Source: Schmidtea polychroa (lineage: Eukaryota). Taken from it: DNA of 64,000 nucleotides. The stretch lies in assembly GCA_044892525.1 (NCBI GenBank), contig CM097886.1:164474312-164538311 (forward strand), written 5' to 3'. Shown piece after piece: positions 63,806 through 64,000 of the stretch (position 1 is its first letter; every line of letters begins with the position of its first letter). Made by a program: the position numbers and the translations under genes. The notes under the pieces were generated by a model. That model was not told where the DNA came from. It made no database searches and worked only from the letters and a program-made list of their open reading frames with translations.

Positions 63806-64000
63806 TAAATATTTCAATACAAGGCTATAAAATGGATGAGAAAGATGCCAAACCACCATTTTGGAGAGTAGATAGCGCTCGAACTTCTCGCGGGTTTTAA
63901 TAAATGTTTAGTTTTTAATTTTAATATGATTTTTTAATAATAGAATGGGTTTTCTTAAGTATAAATGAATAATCTGTATCTTTTAAATGTTGGGAATGCG

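Overview
Strongly AT-rich eukaryotic (probably invertebrate animal) DNA with GT-AG introns of about 45 nt and seven N-gaps. It is a transposon and endogenous-virus graveyard. (1) Positions 1-38163 form one giant near-perfect inverted duplication (x pairs with about 38157-38166 minus x). The arms are about 18 kb, the true spacer is about 1.1 kb (18926-20037), and an 0.8-kb block (18031-18833) is present in one arm only. Each arm holds the end of a Maverick/Polinton, a decayed laminin-G-like type-I membrane gene interrupted by two hAT elements, a probable solo LTR, a 200-bp hairpin, a pPolB 5' relic and minisatellites. (2) Maverick-1 runs from its AGTAG terminus at 35813 to a truncated major capsid gene at about 42535. 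(3) Maverick-2 (about 43.2-53.5 kb) has a packaging ATPase, integrase, minor and major capsid, protease and an internally deleted pPolB, plus an internal inversion. (4) The remainder is a hAT MITE, a pogo fragment, a third laminin-G gene fragment, a Buster/Charlie-type hAT, a deleted Gypsy element and the start of a third Maverick accessory cassette. The best candidate for a new system is a non-canonical Maverick module: a compact TBP-like gene, a spliced Cys-rich 'TGI' gene with conserved intron architecture and a putative OB-fold SSB with a conserved CCAAT-TATA promoter. The TBP-like and TGI genes occur in three divergent copies; the SSB-like gene is seen in two. A small MGxxxS-CC (myristoylation/palmitoylation-type) ORF is also overprinted on the integrase start in both Mavericks. 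All alignments were done by eye and no database searches were run.
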